Source: Amphiscolops sp. MND2022 (taxonomy: Eukaryota). From it: a DNA stretch of 64,000 nucleotides. Positions 25,973 to 38,329 of this stretch are shown here, piece after piece (position 1 is the first letter of the stretch; every line of letters begins with the position of its first letter). The translations under genes and the position numbers were made by a program. The stretch lies in the NCBI GenBank assembly GCA_964187785.1, contig OZ076409.1, forward strand, positions 56,296,001 through 56,360,000, given 5' to 3'. Under the pieces are notes generated by a model that saw only the letters and a list, made by a program, of their open reading frames with translations, made no database searches and was not told the DNA's origin.

Positions 25973-27869
25973 TTGGTGTTCGTTAAAGCTAATGTAGAAA
26001 ACTGACAATTACGTATGCTCCTGGTTTTTAATTTCCATCAATGATTATCAAAAATAACCTTTTTCCTCGTTTGTGTAGAAATATGAATTTAAAAAGGTAC
26101 TCTCCACATAGCTCAACTTAAATGTAACTAAACGCCCTGCAAAGGGATCATTTACAGACTGTAATTAAATGTTAGTAAAGGTACCTGTCTCAAGGACATT
26201 TAGAGTTCACAAAATTTTGTTCCTTTTCAATCTATATCACACTCTTATAAGTTTATAATTCATGCCCATAGAAATGGGCTGATAAATAATAAAAGTCGGA
26301 CTTACAGGCCAATAATATAAACAGGCTGATCCATATTTGAAATAAAACGATTCTTATTGTACATGCAGACACTTATAATATATAAAGGTTTCTTATATGA
26401 AGAATTCTTGTGTAAAGAATTCTTATTGTATTAGATTAGTTTGACTCCTAGAACACAACAATCCTTCTAATTGAAAAGTTAAAAATCGCTTGTCTGAAAC
26501 GACTGTTTCGTTTCAGGCTTTTTGCGGCCCTCCCGGTCAGCTTCAGTCAAACTATGGGTTTCACCGTTGCATTCAAGCAGTAATGAATAAGTATGGAAAA
26601 GACTGGTTGGACTCTTTTCATAATTTGATGTCATAACTTGGCGGCATGTTTCGCAATCCCAACTTTTTATTTTGCGCCCATTTTCCAAAAATATGTAAAT
26701 CAGACGTTTTTTTTGTTACCAAACAGGCAATTTTCCAAACTTATATCCAATATAAAGGGTTTCACCCATCGAAATCAAGTGATGTGATTTTTTTATGCTA
26801 TATGTTTTTGTAGAGCTTTTGGATCATTTTGGTTCACCCCAAAGACCCCAGAATGACCCAAAAACGAGAAAAGCTGCGAAAGTTTTCAATTTTTGAGAGT
26901 TTTAATGCAACTTTTGTCGAAAAAATGTGTTGCCAGGAGGCTTTTCTAAAGAAATAAACAAAGTTTTCATTTCAAAACAATTCAACATTGAAGGCGTCTA
27001 ATTTTTGGTGGTTTTGCAATCAATTTCTGAGGATATCGATGGATTAGAGGGTTCTAAACGTTCACGGAAGAAAGAATTAGCTATACAATACGCTTTTTTG
27101 ATGACAAAGAAGCAGTGTTTTAATTCAAAAGCACGTTAGAAAGAATCCAAATGAGAAAAAAACTCTGATGAATTTTGTTTTTATTCAAGTTCATCATGTA
27201 ATTTTTGTAACCTTTCTGAACTTTTTGTAAATAGAAAGTTGAAAGTGTTCAGAAGTGAATAAATGGTTCTCAAGTAGGTTTTTTGAGATAACCGCATTCT
27301 TATGTCAGAAAGTCCTTCGACTTAGCCCCAAAATGTCAAAAATATCACACTTGACACTTCCTCAGCTTTTATGCAAACTTGGATGAAATTTGGTAATTTA
27401 TTTCGTTATTTAGGCTCCAAACGATGTGTCTAGCCAGGCAGTAGGCATTTCATAGGAAACTTGGCAGTTTTCTAGGAAAAACAGTACCAGAAAAACAGCA
27501 AGAAATTTTAATTTTGCAAAGGTTGTGAAGTTGTCGAAAAATTTAGTGTTTTAGAATAAAAGATATCCAACAACGAACAAACGCGGTATCAAGGGGTTTT
27601 TTTGCAACAAATGCAGTTTTTTGTAACAAAAGTAACTGGAAATTGTCCCAATTTAAACGAAAATATCCAATATTACTAATTTCTGATGAAATCATTGATT
27701 TTTCCTTCAAACATAGATTACGTTGGTGAGTTGAAAGATTCGAAATGATCCAGACATTACAACTTTGTTCGCTGCATGCTTTTCAAATGGAAGGTAAAAA
27801 CACCTCACAATAACCCAATAAATTAAAAAAACTTTTTTGACGTTAATAAACAGCTTATTTGTAACACGT

Positions 27870-28860
27870 TTGAGCAAATTCGTGGTATACGTTTCATACA
27901 AAAGTGTAAATACTCGAAAGCGACAAAACTTGGTATCCAGTAGTCTTTTTTGAAGGTTATCAACGAACTTTTTTTGAAAATGGCCTCAAATTACCACAGA
28001 AACCAAAACCACAAAAACTTGTTTTTCGGCAACTTAGAACAAATGTTGTGCAATTCACGAAAATTTTTGTAGACTAGGTTTTTCATTGACCCGAAAGTTG
28101 AAGCAATAGGCTGCCTAAGACTCGACTTGGCAAAAATGGAATAAGGTTCCTCGAAGTTGAGAACGAAGCAATCAGATGTGTTTTTCCATCGACGGCATAC
28201 TCTCAATTTTGAACATGATCCGAAAATTTTCCACAAATTGGAAGTTACTCAGAATCAGGGTTGAAACATGTAGCTAGGAGTACGGGTTTCAAACAAATGC
28301 ACAACTGCAAAAAGTTATAAACTTTAAACAAAACTTCCTTGAACTCATGCAATTCTTTTTTTTTCGACTTTTCTGGAAAAATATTTATTATTCATTAAGC
28401 TCCAAACGAACTAAGCCTTTCAAAGGAGAGTTTTGCCCTTTTCCAGGTTAAAAAAGTACGCAGAAATACCCCTAGCAATCCAAAAGTGTTTGACACTTCC
28501 ATGAATTTTTTGAGTGAATTTTTTTTGTAATATTTCGTATGTTATTAGAATGATGTAATTGTTCTCTCTCGACTGAATCTGGTATCCTGAAGGCATTTTG
28601 GAAAACACATATGCATTTGGAAAATCAATTTGGTACTTAGCACATTCTTAAATGAGGTGATCATTCTGATCTCAACTGAAACAACAACAGAACAAACAAC
28701 TAAACACAAGTACTTTGAAGTTCAATAATGCGTTTTCATAGTGTATTTGCTACATTTGAGCCTCAAATCATGTCGTAGTAGAACAGATTGGGGCGGAAAA
28801 TATACACTGGTCAAATAAACGTTGGAAGTTATACGTTGGTCAGTGGGCGTCTCGTTGAAA
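27870..28860. repeat. Diverged copy of the repeat that forms the 1.2-kb units at 55311-57712
   Basis: Co-linear blocks: GTTGAAGCAATAGGCT, GGTTCCTC..A.TTGAGAAC, TTTGAGCCTCAAA.CATGTCGTAGTAGAACAG, GTCAGTGGG.GTCT.GTT. Confidence 0.7.
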
Positions 28861-28880
28861 TGAACGTGTTTGTATTTCAG

Positions 28881-29046
28881 GTGTTCGAAGTGTACCCATT
28901 CTTTTGTATGGCCTTTTTTGTCGGCTGAGAACCTGACTCGAATCTACTCGACCAGCTACTCCAACCAGGCGGCCTTTTCATCTGCAGTACGCAGGGGCCA
29001 AAGCCAATTCGAGTTGCTTGAACACCTACAAATAATCACTCCCAAG
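28881..29046 (+). CDS. Exon 3 of methyltransferase copy B (second CxxC)
   Basis: TTTCAG acceptor, phase 2; (R)CSKCTHSFVWPFLSAENLTRIYSTSYSNQAAFSSAVRRGQSQFELLEHLQIITPK; donor AAG|GT in phase 0 joins exon 4. Confidence 0.85.
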
Positions 29047-29393
29047 GTTTCACTATGTAATTTTTAAAGATGTTCAAACACGTAAAATTGTCTCGGTTGA
29101 AGGCTCAAAAATCGCGAAGACTTTTAAGTACGCTGCAAGACTTTTTTCAAAAAATCCAAGCAGACTTTTCGGTGGATTAAATTCAGGAAGCCACACATCG
29201 CTGAACAAAAATCAGTGAGTGACTCTTCGGTCTCGCCTGGTTTTGCAAATTAAAGATTTCTTGGATAGTTTTTCTATTTTTTGCCGATGTTTGTAAGAGT
29301 TTTTAAACATTGAATTTTCTGTGGGAGGCTTGAGGTCTGAATATTTAATCCCAGACGAAGTGCAATCTTGATGACATACGTGTGATGTTATAG

Positions 29394-29520
29394 AGTAAGG
29401 ATTTGAGTGTGCTGGAGCAAGGGTGTGCGAGGGGGGCTCTCCTCAATCTGTTTGCAAACATATCCTCCCGGATGTTCTGTCTGGAACCTGACAACGATGT
29501 CAAAGCAGAAGCAATCAAAG
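29394..29520 (+). CDS. Exon 4 of methyltransferase copy B (motif I)
   Basis: SKDLSVLEQGCARGALL...EAIK; one base differs from 494-620; donor AAG|GCAAAA. Confidence 0.85.
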
Positions 29521-29758
29521 GCAAAATTCAAAATCACTTTGAAAAATTAGCTAAATAGAAATTGTGACAAACTGCAAAAACGTTTCTTACCATGCAATCA
29601 AAATTTTGTGTGATTCAAAATTTTTTTACAAGTTGAACTGACGGAAATGCACGCCATAGTTGTTTTCGGAATTCCATTTTTCACTGAAAATCAACCAAGT
29701 AGCGTTGCTAATATTCAATGGACTCAGAAGGTTGATTTTACCAATCATAACCTTGAAG

Positions 29759-29933
29759 GTAAAGACAGAGAGAAGTTGACCTTGATCAGGTCAGTGGATG
29801 TGAGCGGTGACGAGGTGGCAGACAACAGCATCGACCTGTGGCTGGGGTCACACGTGACCCAAATCACTTCCTATCTTCGGCCTACAGGAAGTTGCGACCT
29901 GAGGGAATATTATTCCAGGAATTCCCGTTACAG
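29759..29933 (+). pseudogene. Exon 5 of methyltransferase copy B with frameshifting 16-bp deletion
   Basis: Lacks ATAGAGCATTTTGCTG (copy A 961-976) at 29856/29857, bounded by TGA microhomology; removes IEHFA and shifts the frame. Confidence 0.85.
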
Positions 29934-29948
29934 GCAGGGGGTACTTTT

Positions 29949-32900
29949 GGTCGTAAAGTCGTTTTGAAAAGAATTTGTTTTAAACTCAGTTCAATTCAGA
30001 TTCTCGGTTTTATTTTAGTTTGGTCCGTACAATACAGTGAATAGTATTCAAAATAGTAGTTGACACCTGTCTTTTATGTGAGAGTTTATCTGAGTTCTTT
30101 CACCAGTCATCGGTAACGCGTATTAGAAGTTTCCATTCTTTGGTGGTTTATAATGATTCTCGGAACCAATGAAATTAGAATAGCTTCTTCGGTAGCGAAC
30201 GGTAGTTGTTTACCAAAAAACAACAAGCGACGATGACGTCACCACATCCTATCTTTTAGTTGACTCATGCTAATGCTGCTTGATACTTCTGGGTTTAGGT
30301 TCGTAGTCTTTTGGTCTTTCATTGGTTACTGCGGTATGTTCTTCGGCTCAAGCTATCGGTGTTTTTAGTCTCCGGGGTGACTGAATCAAGAATATCAGCA
30401 TGCCCAACGTTTCGGCTGCGATTCTACTTTCACTGCGTCTGAGGATGGTAGCGATGCGATTTGTCCCCGTCACTAGACAAAATTGTTCGGTTTTTGTCAT
30501 GAAGCTAAGCCGTGTTTCGTCCTTTCCGGATAATGAAGGTCGATTCTTTCAGCTCATGGTTTGAAATGGGTTTATGCAGCACCTTTTCACAAATATCATA
30601 AAATCCAACAACAGAGTATCTCAAGTTTTTTCCAAGCAATAGTTTGGCAGGAGTGTTACCTGTAGCATTCGCAGAATTTCGATTTCTGAACAAAACTTTA
30701 TCAATATAAGTAGTCAGTGATTAACCAATGTCTTTTTTGTAGAGTTTAAAACTTCTTTTCAAAGTTTGAAGTGCTCTCGTGGCCAGTCCACTGCTTCTCG
30801 GTGAATACAAAGGTGCGTCATTTTTTGCATCTTTGTGCTGCCAACCAGTCTTTCAGGTCTTTGGATACAAACTCTTTTCCGTTATCGGACACAACCGTAT
30901 ATGGTGTTCCAAACCGAGAAAAGATAGTTCGGAGACATCTGACCACGTTCCACGTTGATCGGTTCGTGCACGGGAAAACTTCCAGTCAACTGTCCCATTT
31001 GTCGGTAAAATCAGTCAGTCTTGGTCGGTGTTTGCTGCATTTGGGACAGTTTTTGACAAATTCTCGGATATCGTTGTCCATGAACGGCCATCAAGCATAA
31101 GTTTCACAAAGCATTGACTCCTTGATGAATGTGAAAGTTTCCAATTACTTGCTTTCGGCATGTATCCGTTATAAAAACTCTCGATCCATTGTAAATCAAG
31201 TCATTTTGTACTGTTAGGGCATTTGAAACACTTCTTTTGGTACAGTTTTTTCAAATACCAGATCGGACTCTTTTCATCATCCGTTTCGTGAATTCATTGG
31301 ATTGCATCTCTTTTCGTAACTTCTCGGAATAAACCACGAGTTTCTCAATTGTAGCCATTGCAACCGCAACTAAATCGTTTTCATCATCTTTGAAGCGTAA
31401 GCGTGACATTGCATCTGCTTGGCCAATATCTTGACGGGGAGTGTTTTGTACATCATAGTCATAAGTCATCAGAGTTATTGCCCATCGCGCAAGTCTCGCT
31501 GATACAATTTTCGGTATCTGGTTGCTCGGATTGAAGATATTTTGTAGTGTCTTGTGATCTGCTCTCAGAGTGAACTAGGTCACCACTAAAAATGTCGAAG
31601 TCGTGTCACTGCAAATACTACAGCAAGCGCTTCCCGTTTACAGTTGCTGTATTTTACTTCTGCCAATGTCACGTTTCGAGATATGTAGATAACTGGGTGA
31701 TCATTATGCGGTAATACAGCACCAATAGTTTTTTCGGGTGCATCCGTTGCGAGAGTCACTTCTTCATCCAGTGTGTACGGTTGTACCAAAGGTTCACCTA
31801 TCAGCTCATCTACAGTAACTGGAATGCCCTTTGACTTTCATATGTCCTCTTGAAAGATTTATCTTTTTCCCGGAGTTCATTCATACACCGCGTCTTTGCT
31901 GCATAATTTTGACAACTTCATTGACATCCTTCGGATCTGAAGAAGTTTTTGAACGTGTTTCTGTTCCGGCTTTACTCCTTCCGATGAAACTTGATGGCAC
32001 AAAAAGGATAACGTTGTCGAGAATGAAACGCACTTGTCTTCATTCACGGTGAAGTTCTTTGCTACCAGCCGTCCTTTGAACGCATTGAATTTTTCCCGAG
32101 TTCGACCTCGATTACACTGTGCAACGGCTGCTTGCCCTTGTTGTACGTGCTGTAGTACGGTAGAAATTTCTGCACTCTCTTGCAGAAGATCAAAGTGCAT
32201 ACTCAAATCTTCCGAATTTTGGTTGCTTGATGCTCTTGTCTCAATTCCGTCATTGTAGAATTAAAGTTCTCTTTTTGCACTATCGAATGCTCATTCATGA
32301 ACAAATGAATGAGCCCTTCTTCCAAACATTGTTTGGCATCCACGAGGAGGGTTTCTGAACGGAACTCTTGCCGACCATTGTCTGCAAAAACGAATCTGTT
32401 TGAACAGTTTTGTATACATTCCACTCTGAGGAGCGTCGAGGTTCCTTTAATCGCAACTGCCACTTCTGGTGAGGTTGCTCCATTTCTGCATGCTCCGTTG
32501 TCAGTTTTGGACTTCTCTTTCCAATCCGATCGCTCATCGGCTTCTGTGGGAGTGGTTGGTTTCTCCAAAGGTTTTGAGTTCCTCATATGTGTGGAGAACC
32601 TTCCTTCGTGAACTAATTTCACTACATTCTGTGGCGATGAATGTTCTGATGGTGCAATGATGAACTTCAGCCCGTTTTCGGCAGTATACGTCTTCTTCAT
32701 ACCTCCTGAGTCTTCCGTGAAACTGTCAACTGATGAGACATTTTGGAAGCTAGTCCCCTGACGGCTCGACGCTTCCGCCATTTCTCTTACTATTTCAGCT
32801 ATTCTAGCTTTGTGGACAAATTCTTCATGCACGTCGGCTATTTCTTTTTGTATTGCTGCGCGCTTCAGTTTCTACAGTCCACTTTCAGTTCTTTTTGCTC

Positions 32901-35841
32901 TTTCAGAGCTTTTAATTTCAAATAGAGAACTCGTCTAGCACTTGAATTTCTCGAAATCATCGAGCTTCGCTTGCTTCTGGTTCCAACCAGTTGTGAATGT
33001 TTGCCCAGTTCCTGTTTGTATTGATCCAGTCTCGCTTCGTTGGTCTTGGAATTCTTTCAAATTCTGTTCCTGTGCTTTCTTTTTGCTAGAAAATCCAATC
33101 GCTCTTCATTAAACTCCTTCGAGCTAACAGTTATTCTGTTATCCATCTGGATTGTTTTGTCAGACACATTACCCTTTTCTTTGAGTTGTGATGCCACATC
33201 GTTGACTAAGTTTTCCACTTCAGATATGATGCCTCCCAAGTGAGGTTCTTGGTGATTGGTCCTTCTTGACCGCGTCATTGATTCATTTTCACTAGCTGTT
33301 TTCTTTATACAATTTTGTTTTGTCTGATCGACACGTCTTTGCCTCACCTTTCTTGTGCGCGGGCATCTCATAGCTGTGTCTGTAAACGTTCCATTTGCTG
33401 TCTGTTGGCTCAGTTTAAGCACCTTTGTCCGTCAATTGGACACTTTACCATTTGCTTCACATCGAGGAACCAGTATCCTTAACTCAATTCCAATTTCGCA
33501 AAGCATTTTTTCCATTCAGTCACAGTTCAACTGAGCTGTCTCTGCGTTTCTTCATTTGTTAGACTCAACATAGTCTTCCCAAAACAGCAACGCTTGTCTT
33601 CTCTCGCGGAATTCAACTGACCAATTAATCAAGTTGCTTTTGGATACAACAGCTTCTTTCTCATCGAGCTCGTCATCCAAGTCTTTCAACAACGTCTTGA
33701 TATGCGACGCAACCATCCATTACTTTGAGCACTTCTTCGATTGCTGGTTGGAAAATCGCCTCTGGTTGTATTCACTGTACACACATGTTGTGATTTTTCA
33801 TAAAGTGGAATTTGCCAATAAGCATTTGATAGATCAATTTTCGCGTAAAATTTTGCGCCTGACACTTTTGGGAAATTCGTTTCAATACAAGGTAGGAGGT
33901 AGACTTCGGAATTATTTTTTATCATTTACATGTACTTTGTAGTCAACACACACTCCTAGTTTACCACCTTTTCTCACTCACACAACCGGAGAACAATTAT
34001 CTACACCACCGGCTTCAACCGTTTCAAGAATTCCCAATAACAGTAATTCATCAATGATTTTGTTGACTTTACGTTCAAGTGGCAATGGTACCTTCCGTGC
34101 CGCGCAAAACATTGGTTCAGCATCGGGTTTTAGTTTAATGGAAGCTTTAGCACCTTCCACTGTTGGTAGCTTTTCGGATACTTCTGTTTCGAAGCACCGG
34201 TCACTGGACTCTTTGTTATGATTTATTAAATCACTTCCCAAGAAACCATAAGTTTTATAAGCATCAACAACAGCAATGTTTACAATAAGATCTTTGTTAT
34301 TATAAAACAATGTTGAGAAGGAAGCACCGAGACATTTCATTTTAAGTTCGTTATATCTTTCATTTCCTGTGATCTTTTCTTCAAGTTTCGGTTGTCCCAT
34401 CTGCCTCCAATCTTCCTTTGAAATCAGCGTCAGTGATGCTCAGAATGCCTTTCATCAATGATATTTCGATACCATCCACTTTGATTTTCTCGATGGTACC
34501 AATCTTGATATATTCGTGATAATGCCCAATAAAAAACGAATAGTTGGAGGTACTGCCATTGGTTTTATCGATATTGGCTTATTTTCCAACAAAATTAATC
34601 ATTGGTTTCTTTACCCGACACACGTTTGCGAAATGGTCCGGTTTTGGCAGTTGTTGCAGGATTTACCGAAGGCCGGACAACTCCTTGGTTCATGCTGCGT
34701 TCTGCGTTTTGGGCATTTCTTGGCTTTGTTGTGGATGCTGGCAGAAATGTTGCTTTTTCCGGTTATTCTTTTTCGTAATTGATCGTTTCGCGCAAAGGAA
34801 ACGGTTTCACTCTGTTTGTTCACGAATTGTACGGTTTGTCCACGGTGCTGAATAACCAACAAAATGTCGTCTGTTATAGCGTCCCGGTTTTGTTGAACCT
34901 GTTCCAAAACATTTAACTTTGTTCGGAATTTTGTAATCCAGCAATAAAACGTAACCGTAACATGTAAGCTTCCGGATCTGCAAACGCTTTCAAATTACCG
35001 AACTCACAATATCGTGCTGCTTCCTTCAGACGTGCCGGAAAACCTTCTGATGATTCTCCATTCCTTTGGGTAATGGCCACGAAGTTTGTTTGTTCGCGAA
35101 TAGCAAGTCTCTTTCTCGGTTGCTGGTAATTTTCCCGGACCGTTTCAATTTCATTGAAAGCCGTTGTTTCCACTGTTGGCGGTGCAACAAGCGATTTGAC
35201 TTTTATAAGACATTCCACACCGCAACGAATATGAAATTGATCCGTTACATGTAAATCGACCGGTATTGTTCCAGCTGCCTGTACAACTGCTTTCTTTTCC
35301 GCCGGACATCGATCGTGCTTTGGATGTATCTATCCAGGTTAGAGCAGCCTCGGGTTCGTGCTGATTCAGTTGCTTTTTTGTATCCGTTGCCTGCATTCAG
35401 ATAAGTCCACCGAACGAATGGAATATATACTTCTCCCATCCGGTTTAAGTCAAACCATGGTACGAAATCTGAAGTTTGTTTTGTAATCAATGTTCAAATT
35501 TAAATGAATTTCGGTGGTCTGGACACCATTTGTCGTAAAGTTGTTTTGAAATGAATTTGTTTTAAACTCAATTCAATTCAGGTTTTTTGTTTTATTTTAT
35601 TATGGTCCGTACAATACAGTGAATATTATTCGAAATAAAAATTGACACCAGTCAAAATACAAGTCTATCATGTAGGAGTTTAACTGAGTTCTTTCACCAA
35701 TCAACGGTAACGCGTATTAGAAGTTTCCATTCTTCGGTGTTATATAACCGTACCTCGGAACCAATGAAATTAGAATAACTTCTTCGCTAGCGAACGGTAA
35801 GTGTTTACCGAATAACAACAAGTGACGGTGACTGCACCACA
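29949..35841 (-). mobile_element. Ty3/Gypsy LTR retrotransposon with both LTRs and 5-bp TSD, internally decayed
   Basis: LTRs 29949-30246 and 35531-35841; TSD CTTTT at 29944-29948 and 35842-35846; PBS TGGTGTCCAGACC two bases inside the 5' LTR; PPT AAAAGATAGGA (plus 30247-30257); gag with CCHC, RT (YAKIDLSNAYWQIPL, AIFQ..YQD), RNase H (LATDAPEKTIGAVL, REALAVVFAV), integrase VVSDNGKEF. Confidence 0.95.
32130..33691 (-). mobile_element. Truncated nested LTR element (LTR, PBS, gag N-terminus; BEL/Pao-like) inside the Gypsy RT
   Basis: Starts TGTTGAAAGAC immediately after TATCAAGACGT (YQD); TGGTTCCTCGA at 33472-33462 resembles the BEL tRNA-Tyr-type PBS TGGTCCTTCGA; basic/coiled-coil gag-like ORFs 33422-33057 and 32832-32203; Gypsy RT resumes with GRTREKF..RL. 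Confidence 0.6.
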
Positions 35842-36236
35842 CTTTTCCTTATCTATATTACCAAAAAGCTGAGTATTTTAGGCTAATGGCACTACATTAT
35901 GTCTCGGAAAACTCAGAAAAACTTAATGACTTGAAAACCAATATGATTTGGCTGTAGATTTGTTACATTGAAAAAGTTTTAGTACAGTAATTTTAGCTCT
36001 AAGGTGGCAAAGAACCGTGATCAGAAGTTATAAATAGACTAATTCATGGTTAATTTGACTTTAAAAATTATGCATAACTTAGAAAATGAACAGCGTGGTT
36101 AAAATAGTCCTGTTGGGTTGCCATTTGTCTTTGTTTTCACTATAATATATATTACTTCGGCCACAAATAAATCGTGACCGAAAAAGTATCATTTCTCACC
36201 ACCAAATGACTTATACTTCCATTGGAACTCACTGCT

Positions 36237-36764
36237 CCCAAGTAGGCACCATATCTAAGGCTCAAAAATAGCAAAAGAACTTCAAAGTGTGAAAATATTC
36301 TCTTCTAGAGTACCCGAAAAACACAAAAGTTCAATTGAATTGGGGAGACTTTGAGATTGTTCATCCATTCTGTCGCAAATCATCAAAAAAATTGAAGGGG
36401 GCCTTTTTGGTGAGAAAAAAATGCGAAAAAGTCCCACAATGCCGACAAAACTGGAAGGGGAAACCCTTTGCGATTTTTCAACATCCGTTCTGTCAGAAAA
36501 CTCCAAAAAATTGAAGGGGGACCCTTTGGGAATTTTTTTCGAAAAAAGTCTCTCAGAGCCAAAAGTTTTCTAAGGGAGTACCCTTTGGTCCCGTTGAGTT
36601 TCTTAGATGATGTAAAAACACTACTTCGTAAGCTTGTGCGCCATTATTTATAATTTTGCTAAGTAAGAATTGTAAGAAAAGTGGACCATTCAGAGTGAAA
36701 TGTCAACTGAAAAAAACTACCCACTGTAATAGTCGGGCTTTTTTCACTTAAGCGCCGACTAAAA
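36237..36764 (-). mobile_element. Non-autonomous Helentron-associated (DINE-1/HINE-like) element, one end truncated
   Basis: Same family as 54543-55213: ends TAGTCGG...GCGCCGACTAAAA, internal GAAGGGG..CCCTTT tandem units; absent from the paralogous intron of copy A. Confidence 0.7.
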
Positions 36765-36835
36765 CACAACTAATCGATAAGAACCTATTGAACTCGATAA
36801 CATCGTTCTGTGGCAAAAATCAGTGCGTTGGAAAA

Positions 36836-37755
36836 CAGGGTTGCTTTAAAATACGATTTTTATTCGCGATTGATATGGTTCAGAGTTTTATTAATTTTCC
36901 TTAATTTAAAAAAAATTATCTTAAAAAACTAGGTGTACGTGCGAAATTACACGTAAGAACACTAGTCTTCCACATTTGTCGATTCCCGGTCGATTTTGTT
37001 GGCTGGAATGAACAAAGAAAGCCGTTCTTATCTAGTTCGTGCTTCTCGTCTTTCTTGGTTGACCTGACGAATTTTGTAATGTTCATATTAGCGCCTAGCT
37101 GTTCGCCTTGTCGCTTTTTGCACGTCTCCTTGTGCTGCCCCAACCGCACGACTATGCCTTGCATCCCCCCCATCGCAAAGGTTTTGCATGCTTATCGCCC
37201 ACGGCCCCGAGTTGCCTTAAGGCACATAGCATTCTTGTTAATTTCTTCTTTCGTTCATAATTGGTTCAACATTTATATCAACATACTTGTTAAGATGAGA
37301 TGCTGTGGTCTAAACATGTTACAGTCTCGAACACTATTGAAACCGTTTTGGAATTCCAAAACGGTTTCAATATTGTTCGAGACTGTAACATGTTTAGACC
37401 ACAGCATCTCATCTTAACAAGTATGTTGATATACATGTTGAACAAATTATGAACGAAAGAAGGACAGAATCACATAATACTGCACTGTACCTTTGCTGTT
37501 CGTCGAAAAAAGGTCGAAACTTCGTCTGTTGGGCGTCCGCATATCAATGTGAAACGCAGCTGATAGATAGATCACAATTTTACTTCTCTAGGAAACTAAT
37601 ATGGTAGATAATTTTGATAAACTAAAGGCAAGCATATGTCAAACTATACTAGCAAAGACATAAAAACCTACGTGGCAATACAGAACCAATAAATCCATAA
37701 AAATCGTTTGATTTTTAAAAATTTTCATTCTTTGATTTAAATCAGCGTAACCTTG
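36836..37755. mobile_element. hAT-type non-autonomous DNA transposon
   Basis: Imperfect TIRs CAGGGTTGC / GTAACCTTG; 8-bp TSD TTGGAAAA (36828-36835, 37756-37763); empty site with a single TTGGAAAA in copy A near 4833. Confidence 0.8.
37245..37462. repeat. 218-bp spacerless palindrome (109-bp arms, 3 mismatches)
   Basis: Centre GGAA|TTCC at 37353/37354; arms compared base by base. Confidence 0.95.
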
Positions 37756-38039
37756 TTGGAAAATCATTTCCCTAAAACACTTTCAAAGGTTTGTCTAGAA
37801 ACTGAGCTTGGGTGGATTACATAAAAATGCATAATAAACGTTTTCGGAAATTCCAATTACAGTCAATATTAAAGAGCTTTGATCTGTTCAAAAATGGCAG
37901 GCATGTATGTGTTTTCGCCTGATACGAGTTGTCACTTGATATGAGTTGTCGCTATGCCGTGAATTTTAACCATGTGTTTGACGAAGTTAGAAATATAACG
38001 ACAAAAATGAGAAACATCCCCCTGTCTGTCTGCCGGTAG

Positions 38040-38138
38040 GCCAATCTGCCCAAAGCTGACCTGGCCTCAGATTACCACCTGAACTATTACTCAGGCAAAT
38101 CTATTCACGTGGCATTGACAAAACACGGATTTTGTCAG
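38040..38138 (+). CDS. Exon 6 of methyltransferase copy B
   Basis: TAG|GCC...CAG|GT; ANLPKADLASDYHLNYYSGKSIHVALTKHGFCQ; open, mostly synonymous differences from copy A. Confidence 0.85.
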
Positions 38139-38329
38139 GTTAACTTTCAATTAAATGATGCCTAACATCATGTCTTACTTACTCTTTCATGTACCGATCG
38201 TCAAGGCACTTGGAAATCCCAATAAGTTATGATTCTCATATTCAGATTTTTGTAGCAATAATACAAAAATGTAACAATAATTTTCAAAAACAAGTCATTG
38301 AAACAATTTCTAAATTCAAAATTTGCTAT

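Noticed and set aside
28770-28840. Extra methyltransferase exon (DWAENIHWSNKRWKLYV followed by GTCAGT)
   Set aside because: Wrong phase for exon 3, and the segment is homologous to the repeat at 56050-56130
35513-35528. Assignment of a specific primer tRNA to the Gypsy PBS
   Set aside because: Position and TGG start fit a PBS, but the sequence does not match a tRNA 3' end that I can name with confidence
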